A stretch of 64,000 bases of DNA from an uncultured Bacteroidales bacterium (GCA_964346235.1 CAYFUP010000001.1:5136-69135); one strand, 5' to 3'; counted from the first letter of the stretch, positions 9,856 through 19,633 are shown. Numbers and translations are program-made. Notes: generated by a model not told the origin, from the sequence alone.

Positions 9856-11700
9856 TTATTTAATCTGGCCCTGTAACCGGCTTATCAGCCTTACTGTCTG
9901 GGAGTAGATCTTCTCCATTTCCCCGTCCTCCGAGACAGGAGCATACCGGGCAAATTCGCAATTGTTAATGATATTAAACAGTTCATTGACCAGTTCATTG
10001 GAAATCTTTTGCTGTTCCAGTTCATTTTTGATTTTATCCTTAGAAAGTTCTGAAATGGGAATATTCATTTTATCGCTCAGGTATCCCCAGATGGCTTTCA
10101 AGGTTTCATCATAAAATGCATGTTTATCATGTTGCTTTAAAAAGGTTGCTGCTGTTTTCAACCTTTTCTTGGCAAATTTATTGGCCCGCCTATTCTTAAC
10201 CCTGCTTATATCAGCATTTTGCCGGATTTTTCTTCTCATCAGAATGATGATGGCCACGAAAGCCAAAAAGCTAACAAGATAAATCAAATGAAAACCGGTT
10301 TTTGAAACAAGGTAATCTCCTTTCTTTCTAAATGATACATTCCCGGTCTTTATATACCGTATATCCTTACCCAGAAATTTAATATCTTCTTTGGATAATC
10401 CTGTGATCACATTCGTCCCTTCTCCGGTTTCCCCTGGCTGCACCTCAATATCAAAACCTGATGAACGAAGGGTTTGGTATTTTCCTGTAGCCGGATTGAA
10501 ATAGCTGAAAACCAACGGTGGAATCATGTAATTTCCTGCATGACGGGGTATCATTAATATTTCAAAGGTTTTGCTTCCGGATACACCCCTGACTGAGGTT
10601 TTGCTATTCAGGCTTATCTCGGGATCATAGACTTCAAAGTCAGGCGGAAAACTGATATCCGGAGCATCGATAATTCTCATATTTCCATTCCCGGATACCC
10701 TGATTGTCATCGTAATGCCCTCGTTGGCTTTTACCTGGTTCTTATCAATAGAAGCAGAAAAATCAAATTTTCCCACAGCACCGGTAAAACTGGCAGGTTT
10801 ATTATCAGGCAGGGGTTTCACCCTGATGGTCAAAGGATCGCTCTTGATGGTGGTTTTCGCATTTTCGTATGTACCGAAGAAATCATCAAAAATGCTGCGG
10901 GATCTTCCGGATACCCTTTTTTTATAGATACAATCCATCTCATAAGGCTCTATGACTATTTCCCCGCTATGCTGCGGAAAAATGGCGAAACGTTGAATCA
11001 CCCCTGTACCGTATATTTCACCGTTCACATTTTCCCTTTCAAGGGAATGCAGATCCGGGGTTTCGATATCCTCCTTGAAGAAACCCTGAAATGAGGGTTG
11101 CTTTACATTCTGTATGCTGGAAAGGTTCACTTTGCTATATATTTTGGCGGTGGCGATGATGACTTCTCCCTGGTAAACATTACGCTTATCAGTTAATACC
11201 CTCAGGAACAGGCCTTCGCCCCGGTTGCCTGACTTTCCGGCGGAACCACCCTGTGATGATGAAGCAGAAGCAGTACCCGATGAAGACCGGTTTCCAGAAG
11301 AAGCAGAAGAACCCGAACCGACCACTTCAATTTGCAGTGGGTTGGATTGGTGGGTTTGTCCTTTGACCTGAATCTTGGGAGGATTAATGGCAAACTGCCC
11401 GCTTTCGGTCGCCTGAAGGTAATAGGTATAAGCATAGGAGTAATTCCGGGTAACTTGTCCGTTGACTATCTGAACGGATGATGAGCTGGAGGTTGAGGGT
11501 CCTGCCAGTATATTGAAACTTTCCGGAAAGCCGGGCTGCATAAACTTGCCTGGTTTGGCATTGGCTTTGTAAGTAACGGAAAAACGCTCTCCCACCTTGA
11601 CTGCCTGGGGTCCCGAAGCAGTGAATGACACATCCTGCGTCCACCCGGTCAGGTTGGTTATCAAAAAAACTATGACTGCCATTTTCTTTTTCACGGGCAT
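9856..11700 (-). CDS. batD: BatD-like oxygen-tolerance protein
   Basis: The ORF track gives 9856..11769. I prefer the ATG at 11700 (MPVKKKMAVIVFL..., signal-like), which removes the overlap with batC. It has Ig-like N-terminal domains, a TM segment near the C-terminus and a Ser/Gly-rich linker. Its position in the operon is between batC and batE. Confidence 0.75.
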   Translation of the reverse strand: MPVKKKMAVIVFLITNLTGWTQDVSFTASGPQAVKVGERFSVTYKANAKPGKFMQPGFPESFNILAGPSTSSSSSVQIVNGQVTRNYSYAYTYYLQATESGQFAINPPKIQVKGQTHQSNPLQIEVVGSGSSASSGNRSSSGTASASSSQGGSAGKSGNRGEGLFLRVLTDKRNVYQGEVIIATAKIYSKVNLSSIQNVKQPSFQGFFKEDIETPDLHSLERENVNGEIYGTGVIQRFAIFPQHSGEIVIEPYEMDCIYKKRVSGRSRSIFDDFFGTYENAKTTIKSDPLTIRVKPLPDNKPASFTGAVGKFDFSASIDKNQVKANEGITMTIRVSGNGNMRIIDAPDISFPPDFEVYDPEISLNSKTSVRGVSGSKTFEILMIPRHAGNYMIPPLVFSYFNPATGKYQTLRSSGFDIEVQPGETGEGTNVITGLSKEDIKFLGKDIRYIKTGNVSFRKKGDYLVSKTGFHLIYLVSFLAFVAIIILMRRKIRQNADISRVKNRRANKFAKKRLKTAATFLKQHDKHAFYDETLKAIWGYLSDKMNIPISELSKDKIKNELEQQKISNELVNELFNIINNCEFARYAPVSEDGEMEKIYSQTVRLISRLQGQIK

Positions 11701-11749
11701 ACTTTTTTTCACGAGAATAATTTTAATATAATTCATTGCCTCGCAGCAT

Positions 11750-12496
11750 TTACCAATCTTTGAGTACATTTATTTGCTGGGCTTTGGCTTTTTCTTTTTC
11801 CACTTCTTCTTTTACTTCCCGTTCTTCATTCTCCAAAGCCTGCAGTATTCGTCTGGCATCCTCCTTGGATATTTTTTGTTGCTGATTTTGCCGTTGTTGT
11901 TCTTGCTGTTGTTGTTTCTGTTGTTCCTGGTTGCTGGCTTGTTGACGTTGATTCTGATTCTGTTGATCTTGTTGGCTCTGTTTATCCTGGTTCTTTTGCT
12001 GCTGCTGATTTTGATCCTGGTTTTTATTGTTTTGTTGATTTTGGTTTTTGTTCTGCTGTTTATTTTGCTGCTGTTTTAGTTGCTTCAGGGCAAGCGACAG
12101 ATTGGTCTTTGTCTGCATATCTGCCGGATCATTTCTCAGGGCATGTTTGTATGCTTCAATGCTTTCCTGCAATTTATTCATTTTATAGAAAGCATTGCCC
12201 AGGTTATAATAAGTCTTTGCTTTATCATTTTTACTGGTGTTATTATTCGCAATGGATTCAAATTCTTTCATTGCTTCTTCGTACTTTTCCTGCTTGTAAC
12301 TGGAATTGCCCAGGTTGAAAGTGGCTTCATAAGAATCCGGCTTGTCTTCCAGGGCTTTGCGATACATTACTTCGGCCTCTTCAAAATTTTCTTCCTGGTA
12401 ATCCCTGTTTCCTTTACGGATGTCCTTTCTTTCTTTTTGTCCATAAGAAACCTGCAAAATAAAAAGCAACAATAATATCATCCAGTATGCGCTCAT
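11750..12496 (-). CDS. batC: BatC-like TPR protein with a long Gln/Asn-rich tract
   Basis: 248 aa with a signal/TM segment and TPR repeats (YNLGNAFYK...), followed by QQQNKQQNKNQNQQNN...QQKQQQQEQQRQNQQQK and an acidic C-terminus. Confidence 0.75.
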   Translation of the reverse strand: MSAYWMILLLLFILQVSYGQKERKDIRKGNRDYQEENFEEAEVMYRKALEDKPDSYEATFNLGNSSYKQEKYEEAMKEFESIANNNTSKNDKAKTYYNLGNAFYKMNKLQESIEAYKHALRNDPADMQTKTNLSLALKQLKQQQNKQQNKNQNQQNNKNQDQNQQQQKNQDKQSQQDQQNQNQRQQASNQEQQKQQQQEQQRQNQQQKISKEDARRILQALENEEREVKEEVEKEKAKAQQINVLKDW

Positions 12497-12526
12497 AACT
12501 CAGCTAATTTTAATCATGTTTAACAT

Positions 12527-13567
12527 TCACTTTTCAAAACCACCAAACAAATTTAATTGTTTCAACCATTTATTTTTTCTTTCCAGCACAAAAGCTTCGA
12601 TCACAAGGAAAAACAAAGCAATTCCAACAATCCAGGGAAACTGGTCATCATACTCGGAATAAATTTTCGACTCAATCTCTTTCTTTTCCATTTTATTGAT
12701 TTCATTGAATATGGTGTTTAAACCTATTTCTGCATTGTTGGCACGAATATAGGCTCCATTTCCTTCCAGGGCAATATCCTGCAACATTTTTTCATTGAGT
12801 TTCGAGATCACTGTATTCCCCTGCCTGTCTTTTCTGAATGATTTTGAACCATATCTTCCGCTGACCGGAATTGGGGCTCCTTCAGGCGATCCCATTCCGA
12901 TTGTGTGCACGATAATGTTTTTTTCAGATGCTTTTTTCACCGCCTTCAGTGCATTTCCTTCATGGTTTTCACCGTCCGTAATGATAATCAGGGCTTTATT
13001 AAGCTCACTTTCTGACGAAAAGGATCTGACACCCAGGTCAATGGCCGACCCTATGGCAGTACCCTGTTTCGGAACAATATCCGGATCAATGGTGTTAAGA
13101 AATATCTTTGCTGCCGTGTAATCTGTGGTAATGGGAAGCTGTACATAGGCATCCCCTGCAAAAACGATAAGCCCTACTTTATCATTTTGCAGTTTGCTCA
13201 GCAACCGCGAAATAGCCCTTTTTGATTTCTCAAGCCGGTTGGGTTGTATATCTTCCGCCAGCATGCTGTTTGACACATCCAGTGCTATTACAATTTCCAC
13301 TCCTTTTCTTTTCACTTCCTGCAGTTTTGAACCAAATTGAGGCCTGGCCATGGCAAATATCAAGGCTGTCATGGCCAATAAGGTTAGCATAAATTTCACA
13401 AAAAGCTTGGAATGGGAAGCATCGGGCATGAGTCCTTTTAACAGAAGCGGATTTCCAAAACTTTTTATGGCTCTTTTCCTTAAGCCGGACATGACCCAAT
13501 AAAATATCAGTAATACGGGAATGACTGAAAGTACATATAATATTTCCGGATTTGCAAACCTAAACAT
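12527..13567 (-). CDS. batB: BatB-like von Willebrand factor A domain membrane protein
   Basis: 346 aa with N-terminal TM segments, a VWA MIDAS motif (IALDVSNSM) and a C-terminal TM segment. Confidence 0.85.
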   Translation of the reverse strand: MFRFANPEILYVLSVIPVLLIFYWVMSGLRKRAIKSFGNPLLLKGLMPDASHSKLFVKFMLTLLAMTALIFAMARPQFGSKLQEVKRKGVEIVIALDVSNSMLAEDIQPNRLEKSKRAISRLLSKLQNDKVGLIVFAGDAYVQLPITTDYTAAKIFLNTIDPDIVPKQGTAIGSAIDLGVRSFSSESELNKALIIITDGENHEGNALKAVKKASEKNIIVHTIGMGSPEGAPIPVSGRYGSKSFRKDRQGNTVISKLNEKMLQDIALEGNGAYIRANNAEIGLNTIFNEINKMEKKEIESKIYSEYDDQFPWIVGIALFFLVIEAFVLERKNKWLKQLNLFGGFEK

Positions 13568-13582
13568 AGTCCTCCATTCTAT

Positions 13583-14575
13583 TTAAGGTATTTTTCTCAA
13601 AAGGGTATTTCTCATCAATATATCAATGACTAACAAAATAAATGCCGCAATGGCAAATGGCAAATATTCTTCTTCTTTTTTACTGAATTCTTTTACTTCA
13701 ATTTTCGATTTTTCCAATTGATCGATTTCTTCATAAATATTTTTCAGTTTTTGGTTGTCAGTAGCCCTGAAATATCTGCCATTGGTATAATTGGCAATTT
13801 CGCGAAGCACATCCTCATCAATTTCAACTTCCACATTTCTGAATTGCATTCCAAAAGGGGTTTTTACCGGATATGGTGCAGTACCCCTTGAACCAACCCC
13901 TACAGTATATACCCTTATTCCAAAAGATTGAGCCAGCTCAGCAGCAGTCAGGGGCGCTATGGAGCCTTTGTTATTCACCCCATCTGTAAGCAAAATGACA
14001 ACCTTGCTGATGGCTTTGCTGTCTTTAAGCCTGTTGACCGCATTGGCCAGTCCCAGTCCGATGGCCGTGCCATCCTCAATCATGCCGCTTTCAATGTCTT
14101 TTAACAAATTAATCACCACCGCATGATCGTTGGTCAGGGGTGCCTGGGTGAAGCTTTCTCCGCTGAACACCACAAGACCGATGCGGTCGTTCGGTCTGCC
14201 CGAAATAAAATCGATGGCCACGTCCTTTGATGCCTCAAGCCGGTCAGGTTCAAAATCCTTTGCCAGCATACTGCCGGAGATATCCATGGCAAGTACCACA
14301 TCAATTCCCCTGGTGGTTCTGTTCTCCCAGTTTTCAGATGATTGCGGTCTGGCTATTATGATGATGAGCAAGGCAATGACCATTAAACGGAAAGCAAACA
14401 AGACATGTCTCAGATGTTCCTTATAAGAACGCGGAAGCTTTTTAAATGCCTTTATGGTGGATATCTGGAGACTGGCTTCTCTGTATTTCAGCTTCCAGAT
14501 ATACCATGCAATAATGGGAACAAGGATCAACAATAAGTACAAAAATTCCGGTTTGCCAAATTCTATATTGCTCAT
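13583..14575 (-). CDS. batA: BatA-like von Willebrand factor A domain membrane protein
   Basis: 330 aa with N-terminal TM segments, a VWA MIDAS motif (LAMDISGSM) and a C-terminal TM segment. Confidence 0.85.
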   Translation of the reverse strand: MSNIEFGKPEFLYLLLILVPIIAWYIWKLKYREASLQISTIKAFKKLPRSYKEHLRHVLFAFRLMVIALLIIIIARPQSSENWENRTTRGIDVVLAMDISGSMLAKDFEPDRLEASKDVAIDFISGRPNDRIGLVVFSGESFTQAPLTNDHAVVINLLKDIESGMIEDGTAIGLGLANAVNRLKDSKAISKVVILLTDGVNNKGSIAPLTAAELAQSFGIRVYTVGVGSRGTAPYPVKTPFGMQFRNVEVEIDEDVLREIANYTNGRYFRATDNQKLKNIYEEIDQLEKSKIEVKEFSKKEEEYLPFAIAAFILLVIDILMRNTLLRKIP

Positions 14576-14647
14576 GCTTTACAACTCAATTAATGGTTTA
14601 TCCAACATTCATAATTAATTTCTTTCATGCCCCTAATTATGGTATCT

Positions 14648-15907
14648 TTATTGTTCCTTCTCATTCTCGCCACTTTCTTCATGCCCATTTTGGCTACCTT
14701 TTTCTGTATTTTTTTTATGACCACGTTGATTATCTTTTTCTGTGGTTTTTTTATGACCATTTTGGTCATCTGTTTCTATGGATTTCTCGTGCACATCTTG
14801 GTTGCCTTCTTCTATCTTGTTTTCATGACCATCCTGGCTGCCTTCTTCTGCATTGTTTTTAGTTATAGTTTCCCCTTCTTCTTTCTCATCTTCTGCGTTT
14901 GTTTCAATATATTTGGTTCTTCTCACAAAATTGTAGGCCTGATGAAAGCTTCTGTCATTCTCCTCAGGCAATGGTGTTGCTTTGGCAAATTTCACAAAAT
15001 CAGCCAGTGTAAGCAGTGATTTTAACTCATCAAATGCCTCATTCGGAATATCATGTTTCATCAAAGCCTCTATGATCTCATCCGAAGTCTGTTCCATGGC
15101 ATGCACCTGGTATCTTCCTTCAATATACTTTCTAATGATTTCAGTCAGCAGGGAATAATATTCCTTCAACCTGCCCTGTTGCCATAATTTCTTTTCGCTT
15201 AATGCATTTAATTCTCTTAGCGCAGCCACATGCGGAGGTTCAAGCGGTTTTTGCCTTTTAAATACCGGTTCGTTCTTTTTTCGTTTCTTTATAACAAAAT
15301 ATGCCAGCAAGATGATGAAAACAATAAGCAAACCGATGGCAATGTAAGGCACAAGCTCGGCAAAACTCAGCGGCGCTTCATATGGCCCTTTAATATCGAG
15401 TATTTCAGTCAGGGTATCCACAGGCATGGTATGAACCGTCAATGATAAGGGGCGCGACTGCATGGAGTCTTTCCGGTTGGCCGATTCAACGATAAATTTC
15501 ATCGGAGGCACATAGTGAAAACCACTGTCAAATGATGTCACCAGATAATCTTTTTCGACATGAATCTCCGTGTTTGTAATCCAGGTGGTATCCTTGTCCT
15601 GTTCCTCCAATATTTCAATGGCCCGGGTAATGGTATCTTTGAACTGAGGAAAAAGCACACTAAGATTGGGTGACTGCTTTACATCAATGCGCAAATGCAC
15701 CTGATCACCAACCAATATATTGCTGGAATCAATTTTAGCGGCAATTTCCACCTTTTGTGCATTCATTAATGAGGCAAAAGAAAACATCCACAGGAGCAGA
15801 AGTATCTTTTTGTCCTGAAATTTCTTCAAAATATGGGTTATTTCAATTATAAAGTTGCTTTTCATTTCCGGTTTCAAATCGATTTTATCTGTCTGACCAT
15901 TGGTCAA
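14648..15907 (-). CDS. Bat-operon membrane protein (DUF4381-like position) with five C-terminal 12-aa His-containing repeats
   Basis: 419 aa with a signal-like segment, a central TM segment (LVPYIAIGLLIVFIILLAYFVI) followed by KKRKK, and the tail EEGSQDGHENKI/EEGNQDVHEKSI/ETDDQNGHKKTT/EKDNQRGHKKNT/EKGSQNGHEESG. The true start is uncertain. Confidence 0.6.
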   Translation of the reverse strand: MTNGQTDKIDLKPEMKSNFIIEITHILKKFQDKKILLLLWMFSFASLMNAQKVEIAAKIDSSNILVGDQVHLRIDVKQSPNLSVLFPQFKDTITRAIEILEEQDKDTTWITNTEIHVEKDYLVTSFDSGFHYVPPMKFIVESANRKDSMQSRPLSLTVHTMPVDTLTEILDIKGPYEAPLSFAELVPYIAIGLLIVFIILLAYFVIKKRKKNEPVFKRQKPLEPPHVAALRELNALSEKKLWQQGRLKEYYSLLTEIIRKYIEGRYQVHAMEQTSDEIIEALMKHDIPNEAFDELKSLLTLADFVKFAKATPLPEENDRSFHQAYNFVRRTKYIETNAEDEKEEGETITKNNAEEGSQDGHENKIEEGNQDVHEKSIETDDQNGHKKTTEKDNQRGHKKNTEKGSQNGHEESGENEKEQ

Positions 15908-15951
15908 TTCTTTGATTTTTCTCTCTTCCTTGTTATGCCATAAGAAAACCT

Positions 15952-16836
15952 TTAACTTCTTCTTTTAAACAATGTCATCAGTGGTTTTACATAATCGTCA
16001 TCCGCTTCAATGTCCACCGCGTCAACCCCCGCCTTTTTAAACAGGTAACTGGTACTGCTGCTGGTTTTCTCCCAAAACTCACGGAATGCTTTCCTTACCT
16101 TTTTATTGGAAGAATCAACCCAAATGGGCTGACCGGTTTCTGCATCCATAAGTTTAACCAGGCCTACAGAAGGCAAAGTTGTTTCCCTTTTGTCATATAC
16201 TTTTAATGCCACCACATCATGTTTATTGCCTGCTACCTGCAATGATTTGCTGAAATTCGGCTCGTAATGGTCATCATGATCAATAAAATCAGATATAATA
16301 AAAGCCGTACATCTTTTCTTAACCACATTCGTCAGGTAACGCAGGGGCTCCGATATATCGGTCTCTTTTTCACCCGGCTCAAATTCAATCAATTCCCGGA
16401 TAATCCGAAGAATATGTTTGCGATCCTTTTGAGGGGGAATGAATTTCTCTATTTTATCGGAAAACAGGATTACCCCGATTTTGTCATTGTTTTGGATAGC
16501 GGAAAAAGATAAAACCGCTGCAATTTCCGTTATCACGTTCTTCTTTAGATTTTGTCCGGTTCCAAAATCCCTGGATCCGCTGATATCTACAAGGAGCATT
16601 ACCGTTAACTCCCTTTCTTCTTCAAAGATTTTAATATAGGGATGATTAAACCTTGCCGTCACATTCCAGTCAATGTTACGGATATCATCCCCTACCTGGT
16701 ATTCCCTCACTTCAGAGAATGCCATCCCCCTTCCTTTGAAGGCGCTGTGGTATTCTCCGGCAAATATCTGCCTAGTCAGGCCCCTGGTCTTAATCTCAAC
16801 TTTTCTTACTTTTTTCAGTAATTCTTTCGTTTCCAA
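15952..16836 (-). CDS. DUF58 domain protein (MoxR-associated, VWA-like)
   Basis: 294 aa with G.H.S.FKG.G..F.E.R.Y..GDD.R.IDW..TAR and DISGS. It sits in the canonical position downstream of MoxR. Confidence 0.85.
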   Translation of the reverse strand: METKELLKKVRKVEIKTRGLTRQIFAGEYHSAFKGRGMAFSEVREYQVGDDIRNIDWNVTARFNHPYIKIFEEERELTVMLLVDISGSRDFGTGQNLKKNVITEIAAVLSFSAIQNNDKIGVILFSDKIEKFIPPQKDRKHILRIIRELIEFEPGEKETDISEPLRYLTNVVKKRCTAFIISDFIDHDDHYEPNFSKSLQVAGNKHDVVALKVYDKRETTLPSVGLVKLMDAETGQPIWVDSSNKKVRKAFREFWEKTSSSTSYLFKKAGVDAVDIEADDDYVKPLMTLFKRRS

Positions 16837-16839
16837 AGC

Positions 16840-17253
16840 CTAATTATTTTTTCTGGTCACCACCGTAAAAAACCAATCGCGTTTCTTCATCCTAATTTCA
16901 AATTTTTCCCCGTTCTTTTCCGCATTCCATGTTGAATCCGATGTGTTTACATATTCCCGGTTCAGTTTATCCTGAATGTCACTCAAATATGTATAATCAT
17001 ACATGAGCACAAAATATTCACATCGTCCCTCATCATTCATTACATATATCAATGTTTTATCGCCTCTGGAATCAATATATTTTAGAAACTTTACCCTTCC
17101 GTTATCGAATTCCTTATCAAAATGAAAATCCGTTTTTTGCTTTTCTAATTTTTCTCTGATGCTGCTGCCTGTTTCCCCAATAAAATTTAAATCGCTGGGG
17201 TCATAGTTGAACGATAATAAAAGAAAAAGCCGTATAATGATGATTAATTTCAT
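16840..17253 (-). CDS. Small secreted hypothetical protein inserted between moxR and the DUF58 gene
   Basis: The ORF track gives 16840..17286. The ATG at 17253 gives MKLIIIIRLFLLLSF..., which is signal-like. I recognise no motif. Confidence 0.5.
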   Translation of the reverse strand: MKLIIIIRLFLLLSFNYDPSDLNFIGETGSSIREKLEKQKTDFHFDKEFDNGRVKFLKYIDSRGDKTLIYVMNDEGRCEYFVLMYDYTYLSDIQDKLNREYVNTSDSTWNAEKNGEKFEIRMKKRDWFFTVVTRKNN

Positions 17254-17292
17254 CACGGGATTTTTATATAATATATTTAAGAACAAATTCCA

Positions 17293-18288
17293 TTACGGCA
17301 CTTCTATGACGTTGAGGATTTCCGTAATGATGTCTTCTGTGATGATGTTTTCCGCTTCGGCTTCATAAGACAGGCCAATCCGGTGCCGCATCACATCATG
17401 GGCCACTGCCCGCACATCTTCGGGGATAACATATCCCCTTCGTTTTATGAATGCATATGACTTGGCAGCTCGAGCCAGGTTGATGCTGGCACGTGGTGAA
17501 GCCCCATAGTTGATCATATGCTGAAATTTCTCAAGTTCGTATTTCTCCGGAAAACGGGTAGAGAAAACAATGTCCACAATATATTTCTCTATTTTTTCAT
17601 CCAGGTAAACATCATTGACTACCTGTCTGGCTCTGACAATGTCTTCCGGGTTTATCACCTGGTTGGCACGGGGGAATTCTTTGGCGAGGTTTTGCCTGAT
17701 GATAAGGTTTTCTTCCTCTTTTTCAGGATAAGAAATCACCACCTTAAGCATAAACCTGTCCACTTGAGCTTCTGGCAACGGGTAGGTACCTTCCTGTTCA
17801 ATGGGATTTTGAGTGGCCATGACCAGGAAAGGTTCCTCCAGGGGAAACGTTTCGGCTCCAATGGTAACCTGACGTTCCTGCATGGCTTCCAGTAAAGCAC
17901 TCTGAACTTTTGCAGGAGACCGGTTGATTTCATCCGCCAGAATAAAGTTGGCAAAAATGGGTCCTTTCTTCACGATGAATTCTTCGTTCTTCTGGCTGTA
18001 GATTAGCGTCCCGAGCAAGTCAGCCGGCAACAAGTCAGGCGTAAACTGGATACGATTAAATTTTGCATTGATACTGGTGGACAAGGTATTAATGGCCAGT
18101 GTTTTTGCCAGTCCGGGCACCCCTTCCAGCAGCATATGGCCGTTCGACAGTAATCCGATGAGCAGGCTGTTAAGCAGGTGTTTTTGACCCACGATGACCT
18201 TGTTCATCTCGATGGTAATCATTTCAACAAAAGAGCTTTCCTTTTGAATCAGATCATTGAGTGCCTTAATGTTTTCCGTTTCATTCAT
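17293..18288 (-). CDS. moxR: MoxR-family AAA+ ATPase
   Basis: The ORF runs to 18345. The ATG at 18288 (MNETENIKALN...) matches the usual MoxR N-terminus. Walker A is GVPGLAKT, Walker B ILADEINR, with a typical MoxR C-terminus. Confidence 0.92.
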   Translation of the reverse strand: MNETENIKALNDLIQKESSFVEMITIEMNKVIVGQKHLLNSLLIGLLSNGHMLLEGVPGLAKTLAINTLSTSINAKFNRIQFTPDLLPADLLGTLIYSQKNEEFIVKKGPIFANFILADEINRSPAKVQSALLEAMQERQVTIGAETFPLEEPFLVMATQNPIEQEGTYPLPEAQVDRFMLKVVISYPEKEEENLIIRQNLAKEFPRANQVINPEDIVRARQVVNDVYLDEKIEKYIVDIVFSTRFPEKYELEKFQHMINYGASPRASINLARAAKSYAFIKRRGYVIPEDVRAVAHDVMRHRIGLSYEAEAENIITEDIITEILNVIEVP

Positions 18289-18390
18289 TTTTTCCGCTTT
18301 ATATAGTTTCTTTAAAGGTTTTGATAATGGATACAAATAACGCAATTATCGCTTTAGAATCTATAAAAGCGGTGTTAAAAAATGTTAAAT

Positions 18391-18515
18391 AGTGGTTCTA
18401 AGAAAACGTTAATAACCGTGTTATGGTCACCTTAAGCACCAGTCATTTACGACTAGTAAACTCATGGCACTTAAGGATTCGCATGCCTTGTTCTTGACGC
18501 CTTCTTAGAACCACT
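18391..18515. repeat. Intergenic repeat family R1, copy 1: 125-bp imperfect palindrome with 14-bp perfect terminal inverted repeats
   Basis: agtggttctaagaa ... ttcttagaaccact. By eye it is roughly 90 percent identical to 57000..57123. Internal arms ccttaag.../...cttaagg and tttac/gtaaa give one long hairpin. Confidence 0.85.
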
Positions 18516-18601
18516 TTAGCATAATTTGTTAGTTTTCTTAGTGTCACTAAATAGGCAAGGCCATAGATATGCGGTTCATTAAGAAAATCCCGTACAATAA
18601 A

Positions 18602-19633
18602 TTATTTGCTTTTTTCCATTTGATTTACCATATCCACAAGGGTTTTTTCAAGCGGCTGGTATTCCATGCCCAATTCCTTAATGCTTTTGGAAGTATTAAG
18701 TTTTATGGGGTATCCAACATTCTTTCGCACAAATTTTACTGAAAGACCAAAAACCCATCCCATCAGATAAAGCATGAATTTGGGTGTTTGGGTGACAGGC
18801 AATTTGTATTTGCCGTCAAAGTTTTTCTTAATGATGCTGGACAAGTCATATAATGACCCGGTCCGCTCAGCCAGGATATGCCGGCCGGAAGCTTTGTCGT
18901 TTTCCAGGCCAAGAACATGAGCGTGTGCCACATCCCTGACATCCACATATCCGAAATGCAATTCCGGAACGCCCATGTAATATTTTCCGGACAACATATC
19001 CCTGATAAGTTTGAGGCTTTCCGAGGAAGAAGAATATTCAGAAAGTGCGGGGCCGAGAACAAAGGATGGATTGATAACCACTAGTTTCCATTTGGACTGG
19101 GCATCATGCATTTTCCAGGACTCTTTTTCCGCCAGCACTTTAGAATAACTATAAGGCTGGTGCTTCAAAGAACTGGATTCGTTAAAGTGTTCCTCAGTAA
19201 ATTCCGGAAGGTTTTTTTCGTACATGTCATAACTATCGCCATGAACAGCAGCCACACTGCTGGTCAATACCACTTTTTTGACGGTTTCTGATTGATTGGC
19301 TGCATTCAATACATTCCGGGTTCCGGACAAGGCCGGATCGATAAGTTCACGTTGGGCATCTTTGATATCAAGTCTGAAAGGTGAAGCAATGTGAATAATG
19401 GCTTCCGCATCTTTGGCTGCTTCATCGAAAGCATGTTCCTTCAATAAATCAGCTTCCCAAATCTCCAGCTTGCCTTTTGCATTATCAGCCAGGGATAATA
19501 AATGGGCATATTTTTCAGAATTGGATTTATCACGTAGTGTAGTCCTTACATGGTATCCCTTTTCAAGAAGTTCTTTCACCACCCAGGAACCAATATATCC
19601 GGTTCCGCCTGTCACTAATATTGTTTTACTCAT
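18602..19633 (-). CDS. NAD(P)-dependent extended SDR (epimerase/dehydratase; aldehyde/dihydroflavonol-reductase-like)
   Basis: The ORF runs to 19651; the likely start is MSKTILVTGGTGYIGSW at 19633. It has the Rossmann TGGTGYIG motif and a YSYSK catalytic motif. Confidence 0.85.
   Translation of the reverse strand: MSKTILVTGGTGYIGSWVVKELLEKGYHVRTTLRDKSNSEKYAHLLSLADNAKGKLEIWEADLLKEHAFDEAAKDAEAIIHIASPFRLDIKDAQRELIDPALSGTRNVLNAANQSETVKKVVLTSSVAAVHGDSYDMYEKNLPEFTEEHFNESSSLKHQPYSYSKVLAEKESWKMHDAQSKWKLVVINPSFVLGPALSEYSSSSESLKLIRDMLSGKYYMGVPELHFGYVDVRDVAHAHVLGLENDKASGRHILAERTGSLYDLSSIIKKNFDGKYKLPVTQTPKFMLYLMGWVFGLSVKFVRKNVGYPIKLNTSKSIKELGMEYQPLEKTLVDMVNQMEKSK

Noticed and set aside
11774-12475. Leu/Phe-rich plus-strand ORFs (101 aa, 131 aa, 69 aa) opposite batC
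   Set aside because: They are antisense translations of the Gln/Asn-rich and TPR-coding sequence. Their composition (poly-Leu/Phe) is the mirror of CAA/CAG/AAC codons, and they have no start context.
14651-14848. Regularly spaced direct repeats here and at 36704..36962, considered as possible CRISPR arrays
   Set aside because: The units are contiguous with no unique spacers, they have 36/45-bp periods divisible by three, and they lie in frame inside long ORFs. No cas genes are present in the window.
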